Part shown: one piece after another, positions 12,197 to 24,817 of the stretch | Layout of the letters: the number at the start of each line of letters is the position of its first letter | Numbering within the stretch: the first letter of the stretch is position 1 | Assembly: GCF_964188315.1 (NCBI RefSeq) | Contig: NC_135655.1 | Coordinates: 62,124,001-62,188,000 of the forward strand | DNA from: Podarcis muralis | Lineage: Eukaryota | Reading direction: 5' to 3' | DNA: 64,000 nt | Position numbers and translations under genes: made by a program | Notes under the pieces: generated by a model | Told to the model about the DNA's origin: nothing | The model's input: the letters and a program-made list of their open reading frames with translations, nothing else | Databases searched by the model: none

Positions 12197-12591
12197 AGGG
12201 GATGCGGGTAGCACTGTGGTCTAAACCACTGAACCTCTTGGGCTTGCTGATCAGAAGGTCAGTGGTTTGAATCCTTGAATCCCCGCAACAAGGTGAGTTC
12301 CCGTTGCTCGGTCCCAGCTCCTGCCAACCTAGCAGTTCAAAAGCACGCCCAAAAGTGCAAGTAGAGAAATAGGTACCGCTCCGGCGGGAAGGTAAATGGC
12401 ATTTCCGTGCGCTGCTCTGGTTTCGGTACTCCATTGTGCCAGAAGCGGCTTAGTCATGCTGGTCACATAACCCGGAAAAACTATTTGCGGACAAATGCCA
12501 GCTCCCTCGGCCTGTAAAGCGAGATGAGCACTGCAACCCCAGAGTCATCCACAACTGGACTTAACAGTCAGGGGTTCTTTACCTTTACCTT
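12197..12591 (+). mobile_element. Sauria (Squam1) SINE, full length
   Basis: tRNA head, (ACCTTT)n tail, 13-bp TSD TATACTGTGCCTA at 12184-12196 and 12592-12604. Confidence 0.95.
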
Positions 12592-14442
12592 TATACTGTG
12601 CCTATGGCATATAGCCATGCCTTCCTGGCAATAATAATAAGATAAATTAGACAAATACTATGCATGTTGGCTTCTTGAGTGAGTTAATTAATCTAAAGAT
12701 TAAAATATTACTTTTTCAATAATGTAATAATCCCATTTCTCTTGACTGAACTATTTTTAAACAGTTTTCCTTTTGGTGCAACCAAAAGCGTAAAATTAAT
12801 GGAACTGCTGGCAGTACAGCAAGGGAATAATACCTCTGTTTGTTTGTTTGTTTGTTTGTTTGTTTGTTTAATATATTTATATATATTCTTTTATTTCCAT
12901 TGCAAATGAATCAAGGAAAAACAAGAACAACGGTTCCTGCATTTTGCCCAAAATGTTTTCTTTGACACTTGAACAGTGTTTCCACTTAAAACCACATTTT
13001 GTCAAATCAGTTGCTTTCTTAAACTTGCATGGAAAGCTATCAAAAGATGCAGCACAATATACTAATCTCAATTGCTGATGGCAGGGCATTGAGTTTTTCT
13101 ATTCTGCATTTATTCTATCATAGCAAGTTCCATCATTAATTGACAGGTTTTTTGTTATTAAAAAACCAATTAAAATGTATTTTTGCGATGTTTGTCATTC
13201 ATAGTAGCCCAGTTTCTTCAAGTGCAGAAATATATTATAGCTTTTATTAGGAATAGTAATGGCTTGTGTTAGAACAGTGCTTGCAAAAATACAATACAGG
13301 ATAGATATTGTTATGTGGCATGGCCTATCATGAGAAGCCAACTCTTTGGCTACCCTATTTTAAACCAACCATCTCCCCACCCCCTCTGCTTTCTAGTGAC
13401 TCTCTAGCAGCCTGCTCTCTATGCTCCTTCTCCCATTGGACTGCTCTTTCCCCTCTGAAGAGGTATGTTCCATTGTTTTGTGAGGCTGTACAACACATTA
13501 CCCTGTTCCACCATTTTTTGTTGACATGTGGAAGGGAAATTTATGTTTTGGTGATGTCACAGCATTTGTTTCCTTAACCACACAATAAAGGGAGAGTTGC
13601 CGTATTTAGCAGTAGTCCTGTGATTGGCAAGATGTCCCATTCCAACCTCAGAATATCAGATGATCAGATCCAGCTGGAACAAAACCATTGGCAATTCTTG
13701 CTAATCATAGTCACCACATGTTATATATAGACATTGTCCTTGTACCATGGAATACGATCATTTTTTTCTGCTTAGTTTTTAATAACGTTTGGGAGTCCAG
13801 TGGTAGATGGAAAACATGGCAGAAGATGAGAAGCCCTTTGACAAATTATCTCTCTTTCGCAATCTTCCATCTGGAAAAGACATCAGGCTGTGTGTGCAGT
13901 AAATCTGGAATGCTTTGGTCACTGGGGCATAAAGTTAATATAAATTAATTGCAAGATGGGGATTACATAAATGATCCTTCCTGCCCTGTATTGCCTCCCT
14001 TCAAAAATTAATCCAAGAAACAGCAGCAGAAAAAATATATAGGATCACATCATCTGTATGGTAAACCTATTGAGTAAGATCCCCTGCATTTCTAGTTATA
14101 TAAAAGTTGGTGTGGGTGTGAGAACAGAGAGAGATAGGCAGACCAATACCCCATGCCTCAAGGAGCTTATCATTTTTCAGCCTCATAGCTACACAAATCC
14201 TCAGGCTATTTCCGTTCTATAAATGACAGCAGGAAATGTATATTCTGTTTACTCACTGGGGATACCAGGAGATTCCATTAAGGTTTAGTGCTTTCGGAGA
14301 TTTTCCATTGGCAAAATAAAGCTGACATTGTTTGGTCTGCCGAACTTCATAAGATTGCTGGGAAACCTGCATTTGCTACTCTTGCAAATCCATTTTGAAA
14401 AGCAGCATATAAGTGGTAAAATGATGAGCACTTTCCTTTTAT

Positions 14443-14832
14443 GGGGACGCTGGTGGCGCTGTGGTCTAAACCACTGAGCCTTTTGGGCTTGCCAATCAGG
14501 AGGTCGGCGGTTCGAATCCCCACGACGGGGTGAGCTCCCGTTGCTTGGTCCCAGCTCCTGCCAACCTAGCACTTCAAAAGCACCCCAAAAAGTGCAAGTA
14601 GATAAATAGGTGCCACTCTGGTGGAAAGGTAAGTGGTGTTTCCATGCTCTGCTCTGGTTTTGGTGTTTTGTTGCACCAGAAGCGGCTTATTCATGTTGGC
14701 CACATGACCTGGAAAACTGTCTGCGGAGCGGACAAACACTGGCTCCCTCGGCCTGTAAAGCGAGATGAGTGCCACAACCCCAGAGTCATTCACGACTGGA
14801 CTTAACTGTCAGGGGTCCTTTACCTTTACCTT
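14443..14832 (+). mobile_element. Sauria SINE, full length
   Basis: Head ggggacgctggtggcgctgtggtctaaacc, B-box ggttcgaatcc, tail tttacctttacc, imperfect TSD tttccttttat. Confidence 0.95.
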
Positions 14833-15467
14833 CTTTTCCTTTTTATGCTGTTCTCAGGAGTTTCCAACATAGCTTTTGAATGCAAGGGAAAGATTGTGGG
14901 GCAGAAGGAAAGAGAAGCAAATTATTTATTAGTAGCAATTTATTCTCCGTGCCCAAGTGGACTTTGGGAATTTGAAACATGTCAGGCTATTGCACAGCAC
15001 TCTATATTTCACTTGCATCACACTGTAATTTGAGTTTCAAAGGAATGTCTATTAATTATATGTGTTCAGCATAGAGGAATTTCCATGTTTAAAATAACAT
15101 GTCTACTGAGAGGCCTATAAATAATGGCTATATATAAAAGATACCTATAAACAGAAAAAATGAATCACTATTTAGTTTTTTTAAAAAATACAGGCTGCAG
15201 TGTGATTTAAACCAATACAGTAGATGTAATTTAATTTACACTTTTTATCAATACCCCCCAACTTGGAATCTGTTCATATAAGAGCAGCACCCCATTTCTA
15301 TAGGGTATGCAGCAGCAGTGATAGCACAGAGTGGTTTCATAGATGAATAACTTGCCATACCTAAACTCATAAAGTGTGTGTGTGGCTGCATTTGCATATC
15401 ATTATGCATATCATTATGCACGAGTGAATGGGGCCCACTTTTCTGCTCCTAGTTACAGGGTAGGCTG

Positions 15468-16160
15468 TGTAGCACAGGAGGAGATTAGGAGAGTGACCCA
15501 GGAGAGGGGACCAGTGATTTATGGAGTTTGGTACCACCCACAAGGCAGGAGCAAGGGAAGCAGGGAGAGTCAGGGCAATACAAGATGGAGGAAGGTGTGC
15601 CAGATGTGGTAGAAGAACAGTCTGTTCTGCCAACAGATGTTTCAATAGATTTCCCACCTTGCCCCACCTCACTGTTTCCCACAGGGGTGCCAACTTGGAT
15701 AAAATATGGGGGGAAAGAAAGCCCCGCCCTCATAATCGATCACATGACATGGTGCATGTGAACTATTTGAATAGCAATGCTCATCAACTTTGTGGGGACT
15801 CAGCTCCCTCAAATATTTTGGGGGCCAAAGCCCTCTCAGCCCCTCAGAGTTGGCTCCTATGGTCTCCTTGAACCAAGAGGGGCTTGAAGCAGGAAGAGCA
15901 GCAGCGGCTTCCGTGTAGGAGAAGTCTCAGGTTAGAGGTGTGCAACCATAAGGGGAGGGTATATAGGGAGGCAGGAGGTGGGTCTCCTTTTTGCTGCAGC
16001 TGCTCCACAGGGCCTAGACCTGTGGACAGCTGCTGGAGGCTAGAAATGTTTGTGTGTGTGTATCCAGAGCACTGTGGAAGCCGCTGCAAGCGATTTTCTT
16101 GTCAATAAAAAGTTAAGTATCAGACATGTGTCTTCCTTGGCTGGGGGGGGGGCAAGTGAA
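15468..16160 (+). mobile_element. Possible degenerate solo LTR (split by a hAT MITE)
   Basis: Starts TGTAG, contains TATATA (~15960) followed by AATAAA (~16104). No clear TSD. Confidence 0.3.
15682..15861. mobile_element. Old hAT MITE
   Basis: TIRs caggggtgccaact / agttggctcctatg (11/14 match), degenerate 8-bp TSD. Confidence 0.6.
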
Positions 16161-16224
16161 ACAAACCATGGTCTGAGGATGAGCAACAAATCAGGATTGC
16201 TAAACAAAGAGCAAGTCTTGACTT

Positions 16225-16670
16225 CTTTTTTACAAAAAAAATAGATTTTTATTGGTTTTCAAGAAAGAAGAGTTAAAAAGAAGAGAGAGAAATTACAAAG
16301 TAGAAAATAAAATAAAATGACATCATAATATCGTAAAATTCCCACATGTCGAGATTACTCTGAATTTCTTGACTTTGTCCCATCCCGTCCATGGGTCCTA
16401 TTAATTCTACTTTCAACTGCATATCAATACTTCTCCAATTTTTCATATTCTTTCTGTTACAATGCAAATGTATTTAAAATCCTGCTAATGTTTTGACCTG
16501 TTAACAATGATTTTGTATATACATAATAAACATTTCCCATTCTTTTTTGAATTTCTTGTCTTCTTGATTCCTGAGCTTCCCAGTTAGTTTTACCATTTCA
16601 GCATAGTCCATTAGCTTGATTTGTCATTCTTCCTTAGTCGGGGTTGTCTCTTCCTTCTAAAAACTTGGAA
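16225..16670 (-). mobile_element. L1-clade LINE 3' fragment (ORF2 C-terminus, 3' UTR and A tail)
   Basis: Minus translation *KEETTPTKEE*QIKLMDYAEMVKLTGKLRNQEDKKFKKEWEMFIMYIQNHC*, AATAAA, 13-bp TSD caagtcttgactt / caaatcttgactt. Confidence 0.85.
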
Positions 16671-17767
16671 CAAATCTTGACTTTTTATCATGCTTTGTCT
16701 GGAATAAAACAAACCATGGTCTCTGGTCTGGCTATAGCATTAAATTTGGGGGCATGGCTTGTTTCCTCCTCAGTGGGAAGAACTGGGGTATGGTCCACTC
16801 ATTCATGCTAAACCATGGCTTATGGCTTATCATGATGTGCAAATACAGCCTATGTGTATTTATTCATTATTTAGATTTGCACCAATATACTTCATCTTTA
16901 CAAGTTGGCTTAGATATTCTTAGTGTTGCTTAGATTCCTTCTTGAGAAAACAACCGTAGGTCAATTGATACGTTAGCTGAGTGGCAAGGAAGCCATTTCT
17001 ATATGGCTGGATTTCACACAGCCGTGTAAATCTCTGTAGGAAGAGATCACTTTGATTCCTGTGCCACTTAAATTGGCGTGAGACATAATTCATCACTAAC
17101 CTGAGCAATTTCAGTAGTGGTGAGGCAGAGGCAGGAGGGCAGCTCCATCTCAGCACATGCTACTGCTTACCTAGATGGAGATAGTGCAGGGCTGGGCCAG
17201 TGTCAAGGCTGGGTCCACCCAGTTATACCATCATGAGCACTGCCACCAGTTTGGCACTCCAGTCACTGCAACCCCAAACCTGCTACCACTACTTCCAACT
17301 CCAGCCCTGTCCAAATAAGTCACAGTTTCATGGGTGTCAAGGGGGCAGCTCTCCTCCACCACATGCACCACAACCACTTACGTGTTCTCTGAAATTTGGA
17401 TAATAAATGAATTCCATAGGTCTGAAACCTATTTTCTCCGGAATTCAGCCAATTCCTAGACATATATGACTCCTGACTGCATGTCCTTGGAGTGAGGTGT
17501 GAGAAAATATTCAGGTAGATTTTGCTGGAAATATGGGGTGGTGGAGTTTGAAACTGTCACAACCATAATGTCGAATAGGAACCCTGTCATTTGTTAATGT
17601 TGGCAGCAGTTCTCCTACCTGCACTCAAATTATGCCACATTAAGTTGCTCAAAGGCTGTCAGATTAGATCAGAGGCTATATCTGTTATTGCTGGCAATTC
17701 CTAGTGAAGTGAAGATCGTCTATCCTTCTGGATTGGTACAGCATGCTTTGATAGACATCAGCACAGT

Positions 17768-18177
17768 TAGGGATGGAGAAATATGTCATTTTGGGTTGCT
17801 TTCATATGCTCATTTTTCCAGTCCTGAATTCCATACTCCACATTCCTGCATCTGTTTGCAATAATCGTACGAATACGAAGACCTCCTCTCAGCCTTTTAA
17901 TACACATTTCTCCTAATATACACATTTTCATGTGCAACTTTGTCTAACATAATGCATGCTTGCATCTTATTTTCAGTAATATAAGCATTGCAAAGCACAT
18001 TTGCCCCATAACATGCCTTTTTGGTATGCTTTGTTTGGTTGGAAAACGTCATAATGAAATTTGAAGTGCAAATTTTAAAGGATGGCTGTATTTCAGTTCA
18101 TGTATTGTTCTGGGAAGTGTAAACTACATAGGTTTGCACTGAAAGTGTGAACTGATCTGAATTTCTTCCCCATTCTA
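17768..18177. mobile_element. Degenerate MITE-like element
   Basis: Ends tagggatgg / ccattcta, AT-rich interior. Confidence 0.45.
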
Positions 18178-19697
18178 AGTACAGCCCAAGGAGCAAGAAT
18201 GGACAAGTCCAGTTACTGCTTTGCTTCTTACCATACATTTGTTTCCCAGCACATTGATGTTGGAAACAGACTGTGGGTTAGACTGCTTCACACATACCAC
18301 TGGCTTCTCCTGTGGCATATATATATAATGCCTGTGGCAGCTTCCTATTCATAACAAATGGAACATCTGGAGAAGGTTTGCAATGCAATGGAACACTGGC
18401 AGATTCTGCTCACATTGGATGAATCCCATGCCATCAGCAGCAGAAGAAAAAAGCTCCCACCACAAACCAAATGTGAGCTGAGCCTTGTTTGTAGAGAAAG
18501 AATAAGGAGAGACGAGGCTTTTGACATCTGAAAGGCTTAACTAGTCCATTGTGACATGAGCCTTAAACGAGACCTTTGGGGTTACAATCCAGCATAGAGT
18601 TTTAGGTGCCTGTTCAAATTAATGGGATTTGAATGTTCCTGTGCTGGCTCTGTTTCTCTTTTGGCTTCCACCGACAAATCCAGCTATGTTTGGGGATATG
18701 TTAGAATAGAATGCTGCCAGTACTGTTTATTATTTCTAGAGTTGGACTTCCTGTAAGTCCAGGCGTGTAATATTAATCCAATCAGGGCTAATTGTCATCG
18801 GTAGAGACAGGGCATGGACATCATTCGAGCTCTCTGGCTCATCCATCCCTTTTCCCCTCTTTGCTCCTTCTGTATCCATTTAAAGAGCCTGCTCGTACGT
18901 TTTCTGGAGTACACCCTGTACTAAATGCTTGAGTGCTACAAAAATAAAATAAAGCTGTAAAACCACCATGGAAGAGAGTGCACCACTGCAGCGGCTGCCA
19001 ATATGCTTTTCATCTCTTAGGAAATGCTTGCTTTCTAACAGCAGCTACCACATATGCTGCCGGGGGGTGCGGGAAGGATAACCTCAGTGTAAATGAGGTA
19101 CAGAGCTATGGGAAGCAATGCATGTGCAAGAATCAGAAACCCTACAGGCAATGATTATCCTACTGCTTTGCAAAAGATGTGGCAAGGGCTCAGAGCGAAA
19201 GCCACCGGATTTCCCAAGTTCATGTAAGGTTTTGCAAGCTTTAGAAGCTCCGAAATGTGGTACCAATATTCCAGTAAGAGAGGTGGAATGGTCTGGGTTA
19301 GAAAGCTACTGGCTATTAATTTAACATCTGTAGTCTATATAAAAGCATGGAAATGTCATGTCAGAACAAGTCAAAAGGGCATGCATGGAGTACTGCAGTT
19401 GTTCAATGTAGCATCATGGGCTTCAAAACTTTGGGTGACTAATTCCCTAGAGAAAATCATAAATGTGAATGTCTCATTTGAATGAATGGGAGGTGAGAAC
19501 ATTGTGTTTACTTAGGAAGCGTATGTACCCAATTAACTGGGACTATGCACTAAGTGACTATCATTATATAGTAGTCTACCACTAAGGATGCAAATCCCCT
19601 TCTTAAAGGAAGGAATCTGTGTTCAGACTACATAATGGGGTGGGTGTGTTTTTAATGGAGGATTGAGCCTTTGAGCCTTTCTGTGACTATGTATATA

Positions 19698-20210
19698 AGA
19701 AGACCTGTGCTGGATCAGACTAAAGGCCCATGCAGCCCAGCATCCTGTTCTTACAATGACCAACCAGATGGCTGGAGGAAGCCCACAATCAGGAGATGAA
19801 CACAACAGGACTCTCTCCCCTTATGAATCCCACAACCAGTATTTTTTATGTTGCGCACCACCCTGACTGAGAGGTGGTATAAGAGGCATCTTAAAATATC
19901 TGATGGGCCATCGCATGGAAGATGGAGCAAGCTTGTTTTGTGCTGCTGCAGAGCAGCAGACACAAACCAATGGACTCAATTGACAAGAAAGGAGATTCTG
20001 ACTAAACATTAGGAAGAATATTCTGGCAGTAAGAGCTGTTTGATGGTGGAGCGAACTACTTTGGAAGGTGGTGAACTCTCCTTCATTGAAGGTTTTTAAG
20101 CAGAGGTTGGATGGCCATCTGTCAGCGATTCTTGAGATGTGATTGCTGCATTGCAATAGGTTAAACTAGATGACCACTGGGGTTCATTATGACTCCTTAG
20201 TTCTATGTTT
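19698..20210. mobile_element. CR1-type fragments: minus-strand tail (~19698-19800) and plus-strand 3' end (~19860-20210)
   Basis: ataagaagacctgtgctggatcagactaaaggccc; ctgactaaacattaggaagaatattctggcagtaagagctgtt...aagcagaggttggatggccatctg. Confidence 0.75.
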
Positions 20211-20333
20211 CCTTCCATGGCTGCATTCAGCTGTTCCACCTGTTTGGCTTTGGGATCATACTTGCCATGCTAGAACCTTTTATATGCAGCTTTGGGTAAA
20301 TTCAGTCACAGATTTTACAAAGAAATACTGTGG

Positions 20334-20679
20334 GTGGTGCTGTGGGTTAAACCACAGAGCCTAGGACTTGCTGATCAGAAGGTCGGCAGTTCGAATCCCC
20401 GCGACGGGGTGAGCTCCCGTTGCTCGGTCCCTGCTCCTGCCAACCTAGCAGTTCGAAAGCACGTCAAAGTGCAAGTAGATAAATAGGTACCGCTCCGGCG
20501 GGAAGGTAAACAGTGTTTCCGTGCGCTGCTCTGGTTCGCCAAAAGTGGCTTAGTCATGCTGGCCACATGACCCAGAAGCTGTACGCCGGCTCCCTCGGCC
20601 AATAAAGCGAGATGAGCGCCGCAACCCCAGAGTCGGTCATGACTGGACCTAATGGTCAGGGGTCCCTTTACCTTTACCT
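20334..20679 (+). mobile_element. Sauria SINE (second subfamily, gggttaaaccacagagcc head)
   Basis: Intact B-box, CpG-rich, (ACCTTT) tail, TSD TACTGTGG at 20326-20333 and 20680-20687. Confidence 0.95.
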
Positions 20680-22843
20680 TACTGTGGAAACAAAGAATTG
20701 CTGTTTCTCTCCTTCTCATGTCTGCAAGTCTTATTCTGAAGCTTGGTTGGAGTTTGGACATGGAGAAAAGGAGTGGAAGAAGAACTATGTGAACGTTTCT
20801 CAAATGTCTGTCCTGAATATCTGGCATTTGGGGCATTTCTGCTGGCCAGAGCTTTGGTTACCTTAAGTGTAAGAATATGAAGGAAAATTGTCTCACTGGA
20901 TTGAAAATTGGCTAAGGGAAAGGAAACAAAGAATAGCCATGGACCGTGCTATTTCAACTGGAAAAGAAATTTCTCCCTAGGCCTCCATTGGGAAATATTA
21001 TGTAACTGCTAGCTTTTTATTATTTCTAAAACTGGCTCTGCAAATGGCCCTCTTCTCATCTTCTACTTTGCTGTTTCTCTGGAAGATGTCATTCTCCGTG
21101 ACTTCAATGGGCCCTCTATGCTGATTACTTCCAGGTTTACCTCTTTGGTCCGGGCATCCCGCACTCCTGTGCAAATAAAAACATTGGCCTGTGTGTCTGA
21201 CATCTCAGCCCAGCTGTTCAGCTGACAGCATAACCTCAAAGTGACTATAAACGAGACCTTAATAAAGCCATCTGCTGTCTGGTTGTATACCTTCACCTCA
21301 ATAATCACCTACTTTTTAGCCTTAAGAGAAACCTCTTTTCCTTCTTAAAACACTGATTTGGTGTAATTTTCTAGGCTTATGCTTTCTGATACCACCCTGA
21401 TTCCAGCAGCTCCTCTTCTTCTGCATCTACAATGACCTGAAGTTGCGATCCATATCCTACTGATATTAGTTGCAACTCTGATTGGTTAAAATGGGTTGCG
21501 TGCCCTGCCTTATGCATCACTTTTAAGAGATTCTGCCAGTACTTCTTCCAGCCATCCAATCTGTGCTTCTTGTATTTATTCTTAATCCAAAAGATCTATA
21601 TTTAGCAGATTTTTGAAATAATACCTGCATTGTGCTTGTATGCTTGTATCAGTTTTATTTCATTTTCTTTCCATCTTTTTTTTTAAAGAAAGGAAACTAT
21701 ACAGCTGCTTCCCTTTGTTGCTTCAAGAGACTGAGGTTTTTGCTTTGCTTTTAATTACTTGGACCCAATTTGCCCATTACTGAAACACCTAATGGGGTTC
21801 TGCTATTCTTTACAATAACCTCTCCGTTTTCCCAGACATATACATTCTCCACAACAAAAGCGCAGTTTGTATGTTGTTCCAAAAAGTTTAAGTAACGGCT
21901 GGCTATTAGGAGCTGAGTTATTTTCTTGTGTTTACCTTGGCATTAGAAGGCAGACTCACTTTTTCCAGTTCTCAGTAGTTAGTTCATTAACACTAAAGAT
22001 GGGAAAGAAGTCATTCATTTTAAAAATAATAATAGAGATTTCATATAGAATTTCTGAATAAAATGGACACGTCTAATAGAAGTCTTTCATTTACTTCTAA
22101 AAATCCCTGCTTGTACCAACACCAAAAGAAACAAAATATTTTTCATAACCAGGTTAATTTGCTAATGAATGGGAAATGAAACTGACATCACCACCACTTT
22201 CTTTACCCTCCTGCTCAAGGGTGTATCACCTGGTTTTCAAAATCCATCACAGTTTGAAGTGCCTTGGAAGCATGGCCCTGGCAACAGAGAAAGAACATTT
22301 GTAACTTCAGGTTACTTTTGCACACATATCCCTAGAGCAGAAAATATAGTGTAAGGGCATTTCATACCAGCAACTTTTCATGTGATTTGAGATGCGCCGT
22401 TTAAGCCACATCCAATGAAATGTCCTGACTCTATTGATCAAATACCTTTGAGGGGTGCAAAGCTTTCAGCAGTTGTTGACCCTTCCTTGCAATCATCTCC
22501 CAGGCTGCAGCCAAGCAAACAGTCACATGCATTGTGTGTTCAAAAACAGATGAGAGGGAGAGGGGAAGACTGCCTATCTTCCTCCTCCTTGATCCAGCAA
22601 ATCCGTATTAAATGAAGGACACATTCAGAAGCTTGATTTTGATGGATGCTTCTTAAAAGATCCTCTACTGCAAAAAGTGGGGTGAGTGACATTGAGAAAG
22701 GGTCAGAGCCTGTGTCCCTTTGCTGTGTGGGTCTACTTGTAACTAACATCTCAGCAGCTCATATGCAATGTCTTGCCATGTGGCAAAACAAGCCTTACCC
22801 ACTTATGCACCTAATCAGAAATTCAGGGAAGTAGGGCACCAAT

Positions 22844-23143
22844 TCTTAAGGAAATCAGCCCTGAGTGCTCACTGGAAGGACAGATCCTGACACTGAGGCT
22901 CCAATACTTTGGCCACCTCATGAGAAGAAAAGACTCCCTGGAAAAGACCCTGATGCTGGGAAAGATTGAGGGCACAAGGAGAAGGGGACGACAGAGGACG
23001 AGATGGTTGGAGAGTGTTCTTGAAGCTACCAACATGAGTCTGACCAAACTGCAGGAGGCAGTGGAAGACAGGAGTGCCTGGCATGCTCTGATCCATGGGG
23101 TCATGAAGAGTCGGGCATGACTAAATGACTAAACAACAACAAC
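22844..23143 (+). mobile_element. Bov-B LINE 3' fragment
   Basis: YFGHLMRRKDSLEKTLMLGKIEG, (CAA)n tail, 11-bp TSD AGGGCACCAAT at 22833-22843 and 23144-23154. Confidence 0.95.
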
Positions 23144-23726
23144 AGGGCACCAATAAAATTCTTCTCCCCATTTGGTAGGGCTACTACTAAATAGCTCCAT
23201 GCATCCACCAATGCAGAAATCAGTACTGGGATTTAGCAAGAGGAGGGGAATTTCAAAAAAGTTTGCCTTTCTTCTCCCATCCCCTGTAAGAATGGATAGG
23301 ACAGCACACAGCCCAGACTGGCATCATCTTGGACCCAGATGCTATCTGGAAAAGAACACTGTAGGAAGCAATCATGTACACAACTCAGTTTTGCCATGCA
23401 TTAATTTGGACTTGAACCTTGCTCTGCATGGAGCCCATCATTTTAAAGGACAGGTTTCTCCAGCATCTATTTGTCAGATGTTCTTAATCCAGCCTGATTT
23501 TTTAAAAAAATGAATACTTAGAGCAAAGTTTAATGATACCATGCTAAGATCATGTTTTGTACATTTACATTTTTACTTTCCAAATTCATATGATTTACAC
23601 ATACAAGTAAGCTCTCCACCCCTTACTCAAATTAATGGCAGGAAGCAATGGCAGTTTCTGACATAAATGAAAGAAAAATATATATTGCTGAATTGAACCA
23701 GCTGCCATAGATGAAGTCTGGATCAC

Positions 23727-24817
23727 GTTGTTGTTGTTTAGTCGTTCAGTCGTGTCCGACTCTTCGTGACCCCATGGACCAGAGCACGCCAGGCACCTCT
23801 GTCCTCCACTACTTCCCGCAGTTTGGTCAGACTCATGCTGGTAACCTCGAAAACACTATCCAACCATCTCGTCCTCTGTCGCCCCCTTCTCCTTGTGCCC
23901 TCCATCTTTCCCAGCATCAGTGTCTTCTCCAGGGAGTCTTCTCTTCTCATGAGGTGGCCAAAGTACTGGAGCCTCAGCTTTACGATCTGTCCTTCCAGTG
24001 AGCACTCAGGGCTGATTTCCTTCAGAATGGATGCGTTTGATCTTCTTGCAGTCCATGGGACTCTCAAGAGTCTTCTCCAGCACCATAATTCAAAAGCATC
24101 AATTCTTCGGCGATCAGCCTTCTTTATGGTCCAGCTCTCACTTCCATACATCACTACTGGGAAAACCATGGCTTTAACTATACGGACCTTTGTTGGCAAG
24201 GTGACGTCTCTACTTCTCAAGATGCTGTCTAGGCCTGTCATTGCCCTTCTCCCAAGAAGCAGGCGTCTTTTAATTTCGTGGCTGCTGTCACCATCTGCAG
24301 TGATCATGGAGCCCAAGAAAGTAAAATCTCTCACTGCCTCCATTTCTTCCCCTTCTATTTGCCAGGAGGTGATGGGACCAGTGGCCATGATCTTCGTTTT
24401 TTTGATGTTGAGCTTCAGACCATATTTTGCGCTCTCCTCTTTCACCCTCATTAAAAGGTTCTTTAATTCCTCCTCACTTTCTGCCATCAAGGTTGTGTCA
24501 TCTGCATATCTGAGGTTGTTGATATTTCTTCCGGCAATCTTAATTCCAGCTTGGGATTCATCCAGCCCAGCCTTTCGCATGATGTATTCTGCATATAAAT
24601 TAAATAAGCAGGGAGACAAAATACAGCCTTGTCGTACTCCTTTCCCAATTTTGAACCAATCAGTTGTTCCATATCCAGTTCTAACTGTAGCTTCTTGTCC
24701 CACATAGAGATTTCTCAGGAGACAGATGAGGTGATCAGGCACTCCCATTTCTTTAAGAACTTGCCATAGTTTGCTGTGGTCGACACAGTCAAAGGCTTTT
24801 GCATAGTCAATGAATCT
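23727..24817 (-). mobile_element. Bov-B LINE, 1.09-kb 5'-truncated copy with an uninterrupted RT reading frame
   Basis: FIDYAKAFDCVD, GVRQGCILSP, YADD. (CAA)n tail. 11-bp TSD GTCTGGATCAC at 23716-23726 and 24818-24828. Confidence 0.97.

Noticed and set aside
12197-12290. tRNA-like A/B boxes (also at 1075, 5072, 14443, 20334)
   Set aside because: SINE heads without a cloverleaf or acceptor stem; not tRNA genes.
18963-19082. Perfect Kozak CCACCATGG
   Set aside because: The frame stops after ~37 codons with no convincing donor before the stop.
21150-21560. Minus-strand 26-nt exon-like unit (GVRDARTKE) and the ORF ending ESGWYQKA
   Set aside because: Could not be linked in phase to other exons or to a known protein.
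23766-24707. 313-aa plus-strand ORF (and similar ORFs at 22823, 41185, 41497)
   Set aside because: Antisense shadows of the Bov-B RT frame, recurring in each copy.
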